From contig OZ245033.1 in the NCBI GenBank assembly GCA_965224025.1, forward strand, positions 3,008,001 through 3,072,000: DNA of 64,000 nucleotides. The letters run 5' to 3'. Numbering within the stretch: the stretch's first letter is position 1; each line of letters begins with the position of its first letter. Below the pieces are notes generated by a model. The model made no database searches. It was not told the origin of the DNA and saw only the letters and a program-made list of their open reading frames with translations. Origin of the DNA: Candidatus Multivorans sp. GTDB lineage: Bacteria; Acidobacteriota; Thermoanaerobaculia; Multivoradales; Multivoraceae. Position numbers and translations under genes: made by a program. This document shows, in pieces, positions 28,182 to 40,500 of the stretch.

Positions 28182-30578
28182 ATGGGCTGGACTGGACGCG
28201 TGGCGTCGCGTGTTGGGGTGGGGTGCGTGTTGGTGTTGGGCGGAACGGGAGTCGGCTTCGGGCAGATCCTGATCAACGAGATCATGTACGACCCGAGCGT
28301 GTCGGGCGACGTCAACGCCGAGTGGTTCGAGCTCAACAACTCCGGCACTGACCGCGTCGACATCCACGGCTGGAAGATCAAGGACGATAGGACGACGGAG
28401 GAGACACACACGATCAGCACCACCGAGGGGGAGCTGTGGATCGCGTCGAAGGGGTTCCTCGTTCTAGGCCGCAACTCGGACAAGTCGCAGAACGCCGGCG
28501 TGACCGTTGACTACGTCTATTCGACCGTGAGTCTCAGCAACAGCACCGACGGCCTGATCCTGACGAACCGCGACGACGAGCTGCAGGACACGGTCGTCTG
28601 GGGCAGGGCGAACAGCTTTCCGGATCCCTCGAACAGCGCCTCCATCGCGCTCAAGGGGGCGGCGGGCACTCCGGGCGTTGATCCGTTGGGCAACACTCTG
28701 AACAACAACATGGGCTCGAACTGGTGCATCTCGACGAAGCCGATCCAGGGGGGTGTCGACGCCGGCACGCCCGGTGGGGAGAACAGCGACTGCCTGATCA
28801 CTCCGGCATACACCTGAGAGATCTGGGGTATCCAGGGCAGCGGCGCCGTGTCGCCTCACGTCAGAGCGGTGTCGGTGACGACGAACGACAACATCGTCAC
28901 CGCGGTCGAGGCCGGCGGCTTCTTCATGCAGACGCCCGCCAGCCGCAGCGACAACGACCCGGACACGTCGGACGGCATCTTCGTGGCGCACTCCGGTTCG
29001 CCGACGGTCGCCGTCGGCGACCAGGTCGACGTGAGCGGCACGCTGGAGGAGTACTTCGGCTTTACCCGGTTCGCCTCCGGGGCCACGGTCACGCTCGACG
29101 CGAGCAACCAGCCGTTGCCGGCTTTCGTGGAGTTCGATGCGAGCCGTCCGGCGGTGAATCCCGCCCGGGCGAACTGCGCCATGGAGCCGGAGTGCTACGA
29201 GGGCATGCGGATTCGGATCGCAAGCGGCACGGTGTTGAGCGGCAGCCAGTACTTCAATTCCGACTATACCGCCGAGATGTACATCAGGCCCGGGTCCGGG
29301 CGGGCCTTTCGCGATCCGGGCGTCCGCTACCCCCGGCATTGTCAGCCGGCCGGGTATCCCCGTCTGGGACGGGAACCCGGAAGTGCTCAAACTCGGCCCG
29401 GACAAGCTGGGAGAGCCCAACGTGTCGTGGGCGCCGGGCGCGACCTTCTACGCCGACGGGGTGCTCGGTTACGAGTTCGGAAGTTACGAACTGTGGGCGA
29501 CTGAACACCGTCTGCTAGGTGAAGGCATTGTCCTGCCGCAGCCGGTGCGCTTCAAGGTGAGAGGCGAAGTCACGGTGGCGTCCTGCAGGGTCCGGGCGAC
29601 TCGGTGCTGCGCTTGTCCGGGTCCGTGCCGGCGAATACAACATCCACGGTTGTGGACGAACTGGTGCCCAACATTGCGTACAACTTCGCGGTCGAGGCGC
29701 GGAACGGGCCGCTCCTCTCCGGGCGGACGCCGATGTCCACCGCGACCACATGGGGCGACGCGAATCTGCACATCGATGCGGAAGGCCGGATTGTCTCGGA
29801 GGAACTCGTCCGCTACACGGTCAGCGTCCGCAATGCCGGTCCCTACGATGCCTCGACGGTCGTCGTGACCAGTTCTCTGATGGCGGCGGAAGACTCCTTT
29901 GTGATTTCGACATCCGGCTGCGGGGAGGACCCGAGTGGGGTACCGGAGTGTGGCCTGGGCGGCATCGAGGTCGGAGAGTCGGAGTCGTTCACGGTCGACG
30001 TCGAGATCGATGCCGCTGGGCGGAACTCACTCACCTACAGGGGCGCCGTCGGCGACGTTGCGGATCCGAGGCCTCAAGACGACACGGTCGAGATGACCCT
30101 GACTCTTGGTCGGCCTTCGTCGCCGTCCCATGTCGAGGCCACGGTGCTCAGCGAGACGGAGGTCGAACTCCGGTGGCGGGACAACTCGGACAGAGAGACG
30201 GAATTCGGCGTCTTCCTGCAGGGACCGGGCGACTCGAAACTGCGGATGATCGGGACGGTGCCGGCCAACACGACTTCAATGGTCGTCGACGAGCTGGTGC
30301 CGAGCATCACCTACAGCTTCGCGTTGGAAGCTCGGAATGAAGCGCTTCGCTCCGTGCGAACGTCGAAGGCCACGGCGACCACTTGGACGGCCGATGCGGC
30401 TCGGTGCGGCGGAGAGGATTCTCTATGCCTCGGGACCTTCCAGGTGGAGGTCGAGTGGGATGACGGCAAGGGCAGAGTAGGCCGAGGTTTCGCCGAGCGA
30501 CTGACGGCTGAGGCCGGGGACTTCTGGTTCTTCCATCCGGGCCGCTACTCCGGCGTGTACCAGATCGTCTGCCGGTAG
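28182..30578 (+). pseudogene. Degraded lamin-tail-domain/ExeM-like nuclease with FN3 and DUF11-like modules
   Basis: ILINEIMYDP..AEWFEL (LTD); in-frame TGA at 28815-17; IQGSG..SP OB-fold; frameshift ~29350; catalytic EEP domain deleted at ~29583; FN3 (LRWRDNSDRETEF); truncated at FWFFHP. Confidence 0.8.
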
Positions 30579-30683
30579 GGCGCGCCGAGGGCCCGGGCGG
30601 CCGCATGACCGGGGGCCTGGTGGGCTATCGTCGGCCCGTCGAAGGCGGCGGACTCACGCCGCCTGGAACGCGGAGACAGTCGG

Positions 30684-31733
30684 ATGGGTCAAAGCCGGAA
30701 CGCGTTGAAAGCGGTTCAACTGGGTCGGAAGAGCGGACTCCGAGTGTCGGAGTTGTGCCTGGGGACCATGAACTTCGGCGAGCCGGGCCGGGGCCACCAG
30801 GGCGACTGGACCCTGGACATCGATGCCTCGCGCCCGATCTTCCAGGCCGCGGTCGAGCACGGCCTGTTCTACTTCGACTGCGCCGACATCTACGGCATCG
30901 GCGCCTGCGAGCGGGTCGTCGGCTCGCTGCTGCGCGAACTGCTACCGCGCGACGAGTACGTGATCTCGACCAAGGTGTCCATGCCGATGGGACGGTCGCC
31001 GAACCAGGGCGGGCTGTCGCGCAAGCACATCATGGAGGGCGTCGACGGCTGCCTGAAACGTCTCGGCCTCGACTACGTCGACCAGTTGATCATCCACCGT
31101 CACCCGCACGGCATTCCCGGCCAGGTCAAGGCGCCGATCGAGGAGACGATGGAGGCTCTGCACGACGTCGTCAAGGCCGGCAAGGCGCTGTACCTGGGCG
31201 GCTCGTCGATGTACGCGTGGCAGTTCGTCGAGCTGCAGATGACGGCGCGGCACAACGGCTGGACCGAGTTCGTCTCGATGCAGAACCACTACAACCTGGT
31301 GTACCGGGAGGAAGAGCGGGAGATGAACCCCTACTGCGCCCGGACGGGAGTTGCGCTGACGCCGTGGTCGCCGCTGGCGCGCGGCATCCTCACGGGTTCC
31401 TACAGGGGCAGCTTCGATGAGGGGGGCACCGACCGCTCGAAGGGCGGCGACCGGGCGCGCACGGAGGGCCTGTACAGGGGCGCCGCGACCTTCGATATCG
31501 CCGACCGCGTGGTCGAGGTGGCGAAGAAGTACGGCCGCACGCCGGCGCAGGTCTCGCTCGCCTGGTTGGTGAGCAAGCCCGAGGTCTGCGCACCGGTCGT
31601 GGGCGTGTCGAAGGTGGGTCAGCTCGAGCAGCTTGTCCAGGCGACGAAGATCGAGCTGGAAGCGGCCGATGTCGAGTACATGGAGGAGCTGTACCAGCCG
31701 GTGGAGAACCTGCTGGCGCTCGGCCACTCCTGA
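30684..31733 (+). CDS. Aldo/keto reductase, copy A
   Basis: SGLRVSELCLGTMNFG, FDCADIYG, STK, LKRLGLDYVD, QNHYNL, PWSPLARG. Confidence 0.93.
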   Translation: MGQSRNALKAVQLGRKSGLRVSELCLGTMNFGEPGRGHQGDWTLDIDASRPIFQAAVEHGLFYFDCADIYGIGACERVVGSLLRELLPRDEYVISTKVSMPMGRSPNQGGLSRKHIMEGVDGCLKRLGLDYVDQLIIHRHPHGIPGQVKAPIEETMEALHDVVKAGKALYLGGSSMYAWQFVELQMTARHNGWTEFVSMQNHYNLVYREEEREMNPYCARTGVALTPWSPLARGILTGSYRGSFDEGGTDRSKGGDRARTEGLYRGAATFDIADRVVEVAKKYGRTPAQVSLAWLVSKPEVCAPVVGVSKVGQLEQLVQATKIELEAADVEYMEELYQPVENLLALGHS

Positions 31734-32743
31734 GGGGGGGGCGGCCGCGCGCCGCACCCGGTGCCGCGACGGCAGCGGGGCGCCCGCCCAGGCGCTATCA
31801 TCGGCACCGGTCTTCGCACTCTGACAGTTGGGGGAACCCCAGTTGCAGCATCGCGCCCTTCCAGGAATTCGCGCGGCAGTGACGATCGCTTGCGCGCTTA
31901 GGCGATGAGGGTGCATGACGGCACGATCTACGAACCACGGGCGTACCTCCGTGAGTTGGAGATCTACAGTGGCCAAAATACGCAGGAAGGAGATGTACGG
32001 ATCAGGCTGTCGGCATCATCGACGGGAAGGGAGCCGCCACAACCGGGCACGTTCGGTGAGCGAATGGTCTTCGCGGTGCACGATGCCGGCCTGAACGAGG
32101 CCCTCCTTGGCGCGGACGGCTTGCCCCTCGTGACAGCGGAACTGGGTGCCGTTGGGGATGGGTGGTTCACTGGGACGTTGGCCGGCGAGACCAGAGCGTT
32201 TTGGGAGGGGACTGGACTTTCGTGTGTCCGTGAGGCTGCCCAACAGAGCGCCGGTGATCACGCTCCCCATCGACGACGTGACGCTAACGGTTGGCGGTCG
32301 GTCGGAGACCGTGAACCTCGCTTCGCACTTTCGGGACACGGTGGAGGAGGACTTGACCTACGCCGCGTCGTCCGGCGACCCCACGGTGGTCAGCGCAGTA
32401 GTAGCGGATGGTGTGCTGACCGTGACCTCTTTGGCGGCAGGATCGGCCGCCGTCACGGTCACGGCCAGTGACCCTAGCGGCTTGACGTCGGACCCCGAAG
32501 TGTTCACAGTGATTGCGCAGTCGCCCGTGAATGTGAGAATACCGGATGCTGGGCTTCGCACCGCCATCGAGGGGGAGTTGGGCAAACAGGCGGGGGAGAC
32601 GATCACGAGCGCTGAGATGGAGTTCATCAGCAGCCTCGAGGGTGTGGGAAGGAACATCCAAAACCTGACCGGACTGAAGTTTGAGGTGGTCCCGGTCCTT
32701 TGGACAGTTTCGAGGCCGGGCTAAGGTGTACTCCATGTGTTGA

Positions 32744-33610
32744 TTACGCCGCAGCCGCCGTCGCCGGGGCTGTGGAAAACTCTCGATTCTGCGGAATGCC
32801 CATTAGTCCGCGGTGGGCTTCGGCAGGTGTCCTGCCGCCGAGCGCCGTGTGTGGCCGCTCCTCATTGTAGAAGGCGAGCCACCCATCGATCACCCGCCGC
32901 GCCTCGATGCCGTCGACGAGTTCGTTCAGGTAGACCGCCTCGTACTTCAGCGAGCGCCACAGGCGCTCGATGAAGATGTTGTCGAGGAAGCGACCCCGGC
33001 CGTCCATCGAGATCTTCACCGTCGCGTTCTCGAGAAGACCGGTGAAGTCGCCGCTCGTGAACTGGCTCCCCTGATCCGTGTTGAAGATGTCCGGCTTGCC
33101 GTACCGGTCGAGGGCTTCGGCGAAGGCCTCGACGCAGAACGATGCGTCCAGGCTGTTCGACAGCCGCCAGGACAACACCCGACGGCTCGCCCAGTCCATG
33201 ACCGCCACCAGGTACAGGAACCCGCCGCGCACCGGAATGTACGTTATGTCCGAGCACCAGACTTGATCCGGACGCTCGATGGAAAGCCCCCTGAGCAGAT
33301 AGGGATAGACCTTGTGCTCCGGGTGAGGCTTGCTGGTCCGCGGCGCCCGGTAGATCGCCGCGATACCCATCAACCGCATCAGACGCCGCACCCGGTGACG
33401 ACCGACCCGAACGCCCTCTCGGCGAAGGTGGCGGACCATCTGACGCGAACCGTAGAACGGGTACAGCAGGAACAGCTCGTCGATCCTGCGCATCAGGGCC
33501 AGCGTCTCGGCGCTCTCGCCCTTGGGCCGGTAGTACAGCGAGGAACGGCTGATCTCGAGCAGACGGCACTGCCGACTCAAGCTCACGTCACCCGTCTCCC
33601 GCTCGATCAT
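32744..33610 (-). CDS. IS3 transposase OrfB (DDE)
   Basis: VWCSDITYI, YL.AVMDW.SR, NTDQGSQFTS, DNIFIERLWRSLKYE. Confidence 0.93.
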   Translation of the reverse strand: MIERETGDVSLSRQCRLLEISRSSLYYRPKGESAETLALMRRIDELFLLYPFYGSRQMVRHLRREGVRVGRHRVRRLMRLMGIAAIYRAPRTSKPHPEHKVYPYLLRGLSIERPDQVWCSDITYIPVRGGFLYLVAVMDWASRRVLSWRLSNSLDASFCVEAFAEALDRYGKPDIFNTDQGSQFTSGDFTGLLENATVKISMDGRGRFLDNIFIERLWRSLKYEAVYLNELVDGIEARRVIDGWLAFYNEERPHTALGGRTPAEAHRGLMGIPQNREFSTAPATAAAA

Positions 33611-33630
33611 CCGCAGGCGCTCGGTCCGGC

Positions 33631-33912
33631 TCAGTGCCCGAGCCCCCTGGACAAGAAATCCCGCTCGATCGTCAGCTCCCCGATCTTCGCGTGCAGGTCC
33701 CTGATCTCCTCCTCGTGGTCCCGGCGCCGCTCCGGCCCGGCCGAGAAGGTCTCACTCATCCCCTCGATCGCCTTCCGCTTCCAACTGCTCACCTGATTCG
33801 GGTGAATCCGGTGCCGCGATGCGATCGCCGCGAGCGGCTTCTCCTCACGCAGCGCCTCAAGCGCCACCTTCGACTTGAAAGCCGCAGTGAACTTCCGACG
33901 CTTCCTCTTCAT
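33631..33912 (-). CDS. IS3 transposase OrfA (HTH)
   Basis: RRKFTAAFKSKVALEA...IHPNQV..WK...KIGELTIERDFL. Confidence 0.92.
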   Translation of the reverse strand: MKRKRRKFTAAFKSKVALEALREEKPLAAIASRHRIHPNQVSSWKRKAIEGMSETFSAGPERRRDHEEEIRDLHAKIGELTIERDFLSRGLGH

Positions 33913-34462
33913 CCTGGCTCCTCCTCTAGGTCGAGGAGTACACCTTAGCCACCTGTCCAGTTTTCCGGGACCACCTCAGTTCGCGACCGGCCTCGACTCG
34001 CTTGAACTCGGCGACAACTCGATCACGGACCTGACGCCGCTCTCAGGCCTCACCAACCTCAGGGACCTCCACCTTTACGAGAACGCGCTTACGGACGTAA
34101 CGCCGCTTTCGGGTCTCACTGGCGTCACGGCGATGGATCTCGACGACAATGAGATCACGGATGTAACGCCGCTTTCTGGACTCGTCAACCTTTCGAGACT
34201 GACTCTCGGCCGGAACGCGCTCACGGACGTAACACCGCTTGCGGATCTCACCAATCTCACGTCTCTGGGTCTCCGCAGCAACAAGATCACGGGCCTAACA
34301 CCGCTCTCGGGTCTGACCAACCTCGTACGGCTGGATCTCCACAGCAACGGGATCACGGACGTGACGGCGCTCTCCGGTCTCACCAACCCCTCTCTGCCAA
34401 CGTACGTGACACAGCGGGCATCCCGTTGAATAGTGGAGGGCACGCGTTGGCAAGGAGGATCA

Positions 34463-34948
34463 ATGTCAAGACGAGAGCAGAGGTTTGGCGGCGGCTCGGA
34501 GCTCCCGGCCGCGGGGGTTGAGGAGCGTAGCGACGAGGCCCCCGCGGCCGGCGCGGCGTCCGCGGGGGGCGTTCCCGACCCGGAGGTCGTAGCGAAGCCG
34601 ACCCGACGGCAGTTCACGGCGGAGTACCGGCTGCGGATTCTGGAGGAAGCGGATCGATGCACCCACCGCGGCGAGGTGGGTCGGCTGTTGCGGCGAGAGG
34701 GTCTGTACAGCTCCCATCTGGCCAACTGGCGCAAGGCGCGGCGCGAGGGCGCGCTTTCCGGTCTGAGGCCGAAGAAGCGGGGCCGCAAGCCTGTCGAGGC
34801 CAACCCTCTGATGCCGAAGGTGAAGCGGCTGGAAGCGAAGGTCAAGCGGCTCGAGAGGGAAGTCGCCGCCGCGCACACGATCCTGGACGTCCAGGGAAAA
34901 GTTGCAGGGCTGCTGGGATTCAGCCTCGAAGACGGGAAGGACTGCTGA
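34463..34948 (+). CDS. IS3 transposase OrfA
   Basis: PDPEV...RRQFTAEYRLRIL.EAD...LLRREGLYSSHL..WR; SD AAGGAGG. Confidence 0.88.
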   Translation: MSRREQRFGGGSELPAAGVEERSDEAPAAGAASAGGVPDPEVVAKPTRRQFTAEYRLRILEEADRCTHRGEVGRLLRREGLYSSHLANWRKARREGALSGLRPKKRGRKPVEANPLMPKVKRLEAKVKRLEREVAAAHTILDVQGKVAGLLGFSLEDGKDC

Positions 34949-35946
34949 TGGCGGCAAGGTCCCTGGCCCGGCAGGTCGGCATCGCGCCGGCGTGCCGGGC
35001 GCTGGGCGTGTCGCGATCGACCTTCTATCGTCGTGCGAGGCCCGCTCCCGGGCGACGGCAGCCCCGCCCCACGCCTGCCCGGGCACTGAGCCAGATCGAG
35101 CGGAAACGGGTCGAGGCCACGCTTGCGTCGCCGCGTTTCGTCGATCGTTCGCCGGGAGAAGTGGTGGCCACCCTGCTCGACGAGGGCCGCTACCTGTGCT
35201 CGGAGCGCACGATGTACCGCATCCTCGAAGCGAACCACCCCGTGAGGGACCGCCGCAATCAGCGCGTCCATCCGTCGTACGCCAAGCCGGAGTTGGTCGC
35301 TGTCGCGCCCAACCAGGTCTGGTCGTGGGACATCACCAGGCTGCTCGGACCGCAGACCTGGACCTACTACTACCTCTACGTCCTGCTTGACCTCTTCAGC
35401 CGCTACGCGGTCGGCTGGATGGTCGCCGACCGCGAGAACTCCGCGCTCGCCCAAAGGCTCATCGAGGAGACCTGCCTCAAGCACGGCGTCAAGCCCCATG
35501 TCCTGACCCTGCATTCCGATCGAGGCGCCCCCATGACCAGCCAGGGCACCGCCCAACTGCTCGCCCGCCTCGGCGTGAACCGCTCCCTGGGCCGACCGCG
35601 GGTCAGCGACGACAACCCCTACTCCGAAGCACAGTTCAAGACCCTCAAGTACCACCCCGACTTCCCCAGCCGCTTCAACTGCCAGGACGCCGCGACCGAC
35701 TACTGCAGGTCCTTCTTCCCCTGGTACAACACCGAACACCGCCATGCCGGCATCGCCATGCTGACTCCCCAGACCGTCCACTACGGCCGGGCGCAAGCCG
35801 TCATCGAGCAGCGCCAACGCACGCTGAGCGCCGCCTGGGAGAGCTCACCCGAACGATTCGTCGGCGGCCAACCGATGCACACGCCACTGCCCCGGGCCGT
35901 CTGGATCAACAAGCCCGACAACGAGACTGCAGAGACCACTCAGTAA
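34948..35946 (+). CDS. IS3 transposase OrfB (DDE)
   Basis: TGATG coupling; PNQVWSWDIT, DLFSRY.VGW, LHSDRG, DNPYSEAQFKTLKY. Confidence 0.92.
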   Translation: MAARSLARQVGIAPACRALGVSRSTFYRRARPAPGRRQPRPTPARALSQIERKRVEATLASPRFVDRSPGEVVATLLDEGRYLCSERTMYRILEANHPVRDRRNQRVHPSYAKPELVAVAPNQVWSWDITRLLGPQTWTYYYLYVLLDLFSRYAVGWMVADRENSALAQRLIEETCLKHGVKPHVLTLHSDRGAPMTSQGTAQLLARLGVNRSLGRPRVSDDNPYSEAQFKTLKYHPDFPSRFNCQDAATDYCRSFFPWYNTEHRHAGIAMLTPQTVHYGRAQAVIEQRQRTLSAAWESSPERFVGGQPMHTPLPRAVWINKPDNETAETTQ

Positions 35947-37539
35947 ATCCTGAACCCCGCTGTGTCAATGTCGTTGACAGGTTCCGAACCTCACACGGCT
36001 GGAGCTCTCCGAGAACGCGATCACGGATATCACGCCGCTCTCAGGTTTGACAAAGCTCATAACGCTGAGTCTCGCCCACAACGGGATCACGAGTGGCACC
36101 CCTCTCTCGGGCCTCACGGTCCTCAGACGGCTGGATCTCTCCTGGAACTGCCTCGCGAACATCGAAGCATTGACGAGCAACACAGGACTAGGCTCCGGTG
36201 ACTACATCTCACTCGATTGGAATGCCCTGGACGCAGACACGCTCGCTGACGACGTGACGGCGCTGCGGGACCGGGGACCGTGGTGATCTCGGAGACGCCT
36301 TCGGTGGAAGTCGGCGCGCCGCGCAACCTGAGCGCGACCCCGGGTGACCGCGAGCTCACGTTGACCTGGGCCGCCCCGTTAGACCCGGTCGACGTGCCCG
36401 TGTACCAGGTGCGCTGGCGTTCGGCTACCGGGTCGTTCAACGACTGGACGCTCGTTCCGTGCTCATCAAAGCGTCGGCACAAGCTGACCGGTCTGGTCAA
36501 CGGCACGACCTACACGGTGGAACTGCGAGGCGCGGGACATGTCGACAACGGGGTCGCGACGGCAAGCGCCACGCCTCAGCAGTAGTGGTGGCGCTAGCCT
36601 GTGGGGACGACGTTGCAGGCAGCCTTGACTGCACCGGGCACGGTGCCGAGCGTGACCTCGGGCTACGGCGGAACGGAGATTCGCGCAGAGGGTGTTTGGG
36701 CGCTGCGCCTCGAGGATGGCACGATCCGCCAGCCGCAACTGTACCTTCGTGTACTCCACGCTATCGAGGATCCACCTTCGGATACGCAGCAGGTCCGGAT
36801 CACGCTGTGGACATCGGCGACGGGGTCGGCATCGCCGCCTCAGGGCACCTTCGGTGGGCCAACTGCCTTGGCGATTCACGACGCTGGGCTCGAAGAGGCG
36901 CTCGTTGACGCGAGCGGTTCGCCTCTCGTGACAGCGGTCCTGACTTCCCTTGGCAATGGGCGGTTCGGTGGGGCGTTGGCGGGCGACACCGAGACGTTTT
37001 GGGACGCGTTCGAGGAGCGCGGCCCGTACAGCGAGAGCGAGGGCCTGTACGTTGAGCTGACGCCCTGAATGGCGGCCTCCCGGTTCGGTGGACAGGGTCT
37101 GCAGCAGTTGGAGAAGGCGCTCGAGATCGACCCGGATCACCCCAGAGCGCGAGAGGTTTTCCACAGCTTGGGTGGCACCGGGAAGAACTCGACTAACATA
37201 CACGGTTTGGCCTCACCGGAGACGGCTTCTGCGCCGCCTGGTCAACGGCGCGAGGGAAGTGCTCTGGTGAGACTCTGAGTCGGGCCGGTCTCGATAGGAC
37301 AAGCGCCTGATCGGGAACGATTCGGAGTCGAACGGGCAGCCGGGAATCGTCCGGCGCGGCTGACCGCCTCGTCAGTCTCTCGGCTTCATCGGGTTTTTTC
37401 CACTTCCTGGGAGAGTTCCCGGGCGTATTCGGCATCTTCCGAGTGCGCACCGAGAGGCGTTGACTGCATTTCCGCACCTGCTGCCCTGCGGGCAGGTTGA
37501 TGAACTGGTGGAAGAGACGACCGAAAGGGGAGGTAACAA

Positions 37540-40500
37540 ATGGGCTGTGTTGGGCGTGTGGCGGTGGGTTGTGTGTTGGTGTTGAGTGGGGCGGCCGCGG
37601 GATTCGGGGGGGATATCGTGATCACCGAGATCATGAACAACCCCGGCGGACCGCCAGGCAATCTTGTTCCCGACAGTGCCGGCGAGTGGTTCGAGCTCTA
37701 CAACGATGACTCCGATCCGACGAACATGGTGGACATCAACGGGTGGACGGTCGAGGAGGCCGACCGAAGCCCCAGCTTCACCATCAACAACGGCGGCCCA
37801 CTGAACATCTGCGGGGGTTGCTATCTGGTTCTTGGCATCAACGCCGACATGGCCGCCAACGGTGGCGTCACCGTGGACTACGACTACCCCAACTCATGGT
37901 CACTGAACAATGGTTCGGACTCGATCGTGTTGAGGGACCGTAATGATGCGGTGAAGGACTCTGTCGCCTATGACAACGGCGCTACGTTCCCGGACCCGAA
38001 TGCCAGGTCGATGTCCCTCAGGGCGACCAACCTGCCCAACGAAGTCGGGTCGAACTGGTGTGAGGCGCCGGCGACACCCACCTACGGCGACGGCAGAAAC
38101 AGCGGCACGCCGGGCGCCGCCAACGACTGCGTTGGCGCGGCCCCCCCGCCCCCGCCGCCCCCGCCGCCCCTGCCACCCTCCACGTTCACGGGCGAGATCT
38201 TCCAGATCCAGGGCAGCGGCGCGACGAGCCCGCACGTCGACGCCTCGGTAACCACCGAGAACAACGTGGTCACGGCGGTGGGGACCGACGGCTTCTTCAT
38301 GCAGACGCCGGCCGCCCGCAGCGACAACGACCCCAACACTTCGGATGGCATTTTCGTCGCGACGGCCGATACGCCGACAGTATCGGTCGGCGACCTGGTC
38401 AACGTGACCGGCGAGGTGGAGGAGTTCTTCGGCTTCACTCGATTCGCCTCGGGGAGCACCGTCACTGCGGCGGGTTCCGGCACCGTGCCGGCGCCCGTGG
38501 AGTTCAATGCGGCACGGCCCTCGCCGGATCCGGATTCTCCGAGTTGCGCCCTCGAGTACGAGTGCTATGAGGGCATGCTGGTCCGCGTAGCCGTCGGCAC
38601 GATCGCCGGACCGAGTCAGAGCTTCCGCACCGACCCGATTGCCGAGATGTTCGTGACCCCGACCGCGGAGCGGTCCTTCCGCGAGCCCGGCCTCGTGTAT
38701 CCCGGCCACGCCTCCTACCCCAACGTTCCGGTGTTCGACGGCAACCCTCAGGTGTTCGAACTCGACCCCGACAAACTGGGCCTGACGAACGTATCCCTGG
38801 TCCCGGGTTCGACCTTCAGCGCCACCGGCGGGCTCGGCTTCGAGTTCGGCAACTACGAACTCTGGCCGTCCGCGTTGACCGTCCTCACCGAGGCCACGCT
38901 GCCGCGCCCGGTACGGCAGAAGAAGCCGGGTGAGATCACGGTCGGCTCGCTGAACGCTCTTAACCTGTTGTCGTCCCGCGCGACCACCAAACTCACCAAG
39001 CTGTCGCTCTACATCCGCGAGGTGCTGGGGTCGCCGGACATCCTCGGAATGCAGGAAGTCGGGACCATCGCCGATCTGACGGCCCTTGCCGACCGGATCA
39101 AGATGGACGATCCGAGCGTCGTCTACACCCCCTATCTGGAGGAAGGGCCGATACCCGACAGAATTGACGTCGGCTTCCTGGTGCGTTCGAGGGTCGAGGT
39201 CGGAAGCGTCATCCAGTACGGCAAGAACGAACCGAATCCCGATGACCTCACGGGCGAGTCCATTCTGAACGACCGGCCGCCGCTCTTGCTCCGCGCGACG
39301 GTGGATGGCTTCTCGCTCGCGGTCATGGTGGTCCACAACCGGTCGCTCATCGGCGTGGCGACCGAGTTGCGGGTGCGCACCAAGCGCTTGGCGCAGGCGC
39401 AGTTCGTGGCGGAGTTGGCGCAGTCGCTGCAGGATTCGAGGCTGATCATCGTGGGCGATTTCAACGCGTACCAGTTCACGGACGGCTTCGTCGATGTGAT
39501 CGGCCAGATCTCCGGCACCGCCATTGCGAGCCAGGCGGTGGAGTCGGGACCGAACCTGGTCTATCCGAGCCTGTTCAACGCGATCAACCTGTTGCCCGCC
39601 TCGGAGCGATACTCGTACCTGTGGCCGTGCGATTCCTCGGCACGGGACGGACCGCGCGATTGCGAAGCCCAGATCCTCGATCATGCGCTCGTGAACGCCA
39701 CACTCAGGCCGTATGTCGTGGGGATGCAGTTCGGACGCGGCAACGCCGAGGCCCGAAGCGCGCATAGCAGCGGCAGGACGACGCCGCTCGCGACGTCGGA
39801 CCACGACGGCTTCGTGGTCTACGTGAGCCCGCCCGCCCGTCCTCCGTCGGCGCCTTCCCAACTGACGGTCGCCACGATCAGCGACATCGAGCTGAAGCTC
39901 AGTTGGCGGGACAATTCGAACGATGAGACCGAGTTCGCGATCTCAAGCCGCGGACCGTACGATACCCGGTTCGCGCGGATCCGGACGGCGCCCGCGAACA
40001 CGACTTCCCTGGTCGTTGGGGACCTCCTCCCCGATAGCACGTACACGTTCGTGGTCGAGGCGTGCAAGGGCAGCAGTTGCTCCGACCCCACAGCCGAAGT
40101 CAGCGGGTCCACAGGGATCAACGTCACGCTCGACGCTCCAGTCGCGGGACGCCACGTCGCCCTCTACTTCAAGGGTTCGGGCGGCTTCGTGGGTCAAGCG
40201 GCGCCCGACCTGGCCTCGACCGAGGATGTGGACGAGAGCGTCGTGACGTTCCTGGTCACCTGCGGCAACCGGACGATGTCTCGCGAAGCCGAGAAGGACG
40301 ACAGCGGCATCGTTCGCCAGGTGTTCAACCAGGACAACGGCCTCGCCTGCAACGAAGGCGGCTCGATCGAAATGCACGGCCTCATGGACGGCGGCTGGTA
40401 CTGGATCAACGACGAGAACAACTCGGCGGTTTCCTCGCTCATCCTGAAAGCCGCGCTGGGCAACGCACAGACGAAGCCGATTGATCCGGGCGGCGTCACG

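Larger units (their letters stand above)
27722..31900 (+). repeat. Copy A of a diverged direct duplication
   Basis: TPR 3' end, leader, LTD nuclease, AKR and DUF1800 5' end; collinear with 37090-42495. Confidence 0.85.
32682..33978 (-). mobile_element. IS3-family insertion sequence
   Basis: IRs TGAGGTGGTCCCGG...CCGGGACCACCTCA, 3-bp TSD GTT, orfA and orfB. Confidence 0.93.
34388..35986 (+). mobile_element. Second IS3-family insertion sequence (different subgroup)
   Basis: Imperfect IRs (CTGCCAACGTACGTGACACAGCGGG / CCCGCTGTGTCAATGTCGTTGACAG), TSD AAC(C). Confidence 0.88.
31905..37068 (+). pseudogene. Fragmented large surface protein: unknown domain - Ig/cadherin-like - internalin-type LRRs - FN3 - unknown domain; split by two IS3 elements and frameshifts
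   Basis: NRAP...FRD...LTY.ASS Ig module; IPDAGLR.AI...LG cap; 22-aa LRRs (ITDLTPLSGLTNL..L.L..N); removing each IS restores the frame (LKF|ATG and LTN|LTRLEL). Confidence 0.8.

Noticed and set aside
31734-31741. G8 tract as a phase-variation switch
   Set aside because: Intergenic, short for a GC-rich genome, absent from copy B, and upstream only of a gene stub
33980-36200. Regular 66-bp repeats resembling a CRISPR array
   Set aside because: They are degenerate coding LRR units with no unique spacers, and no cas genes are present
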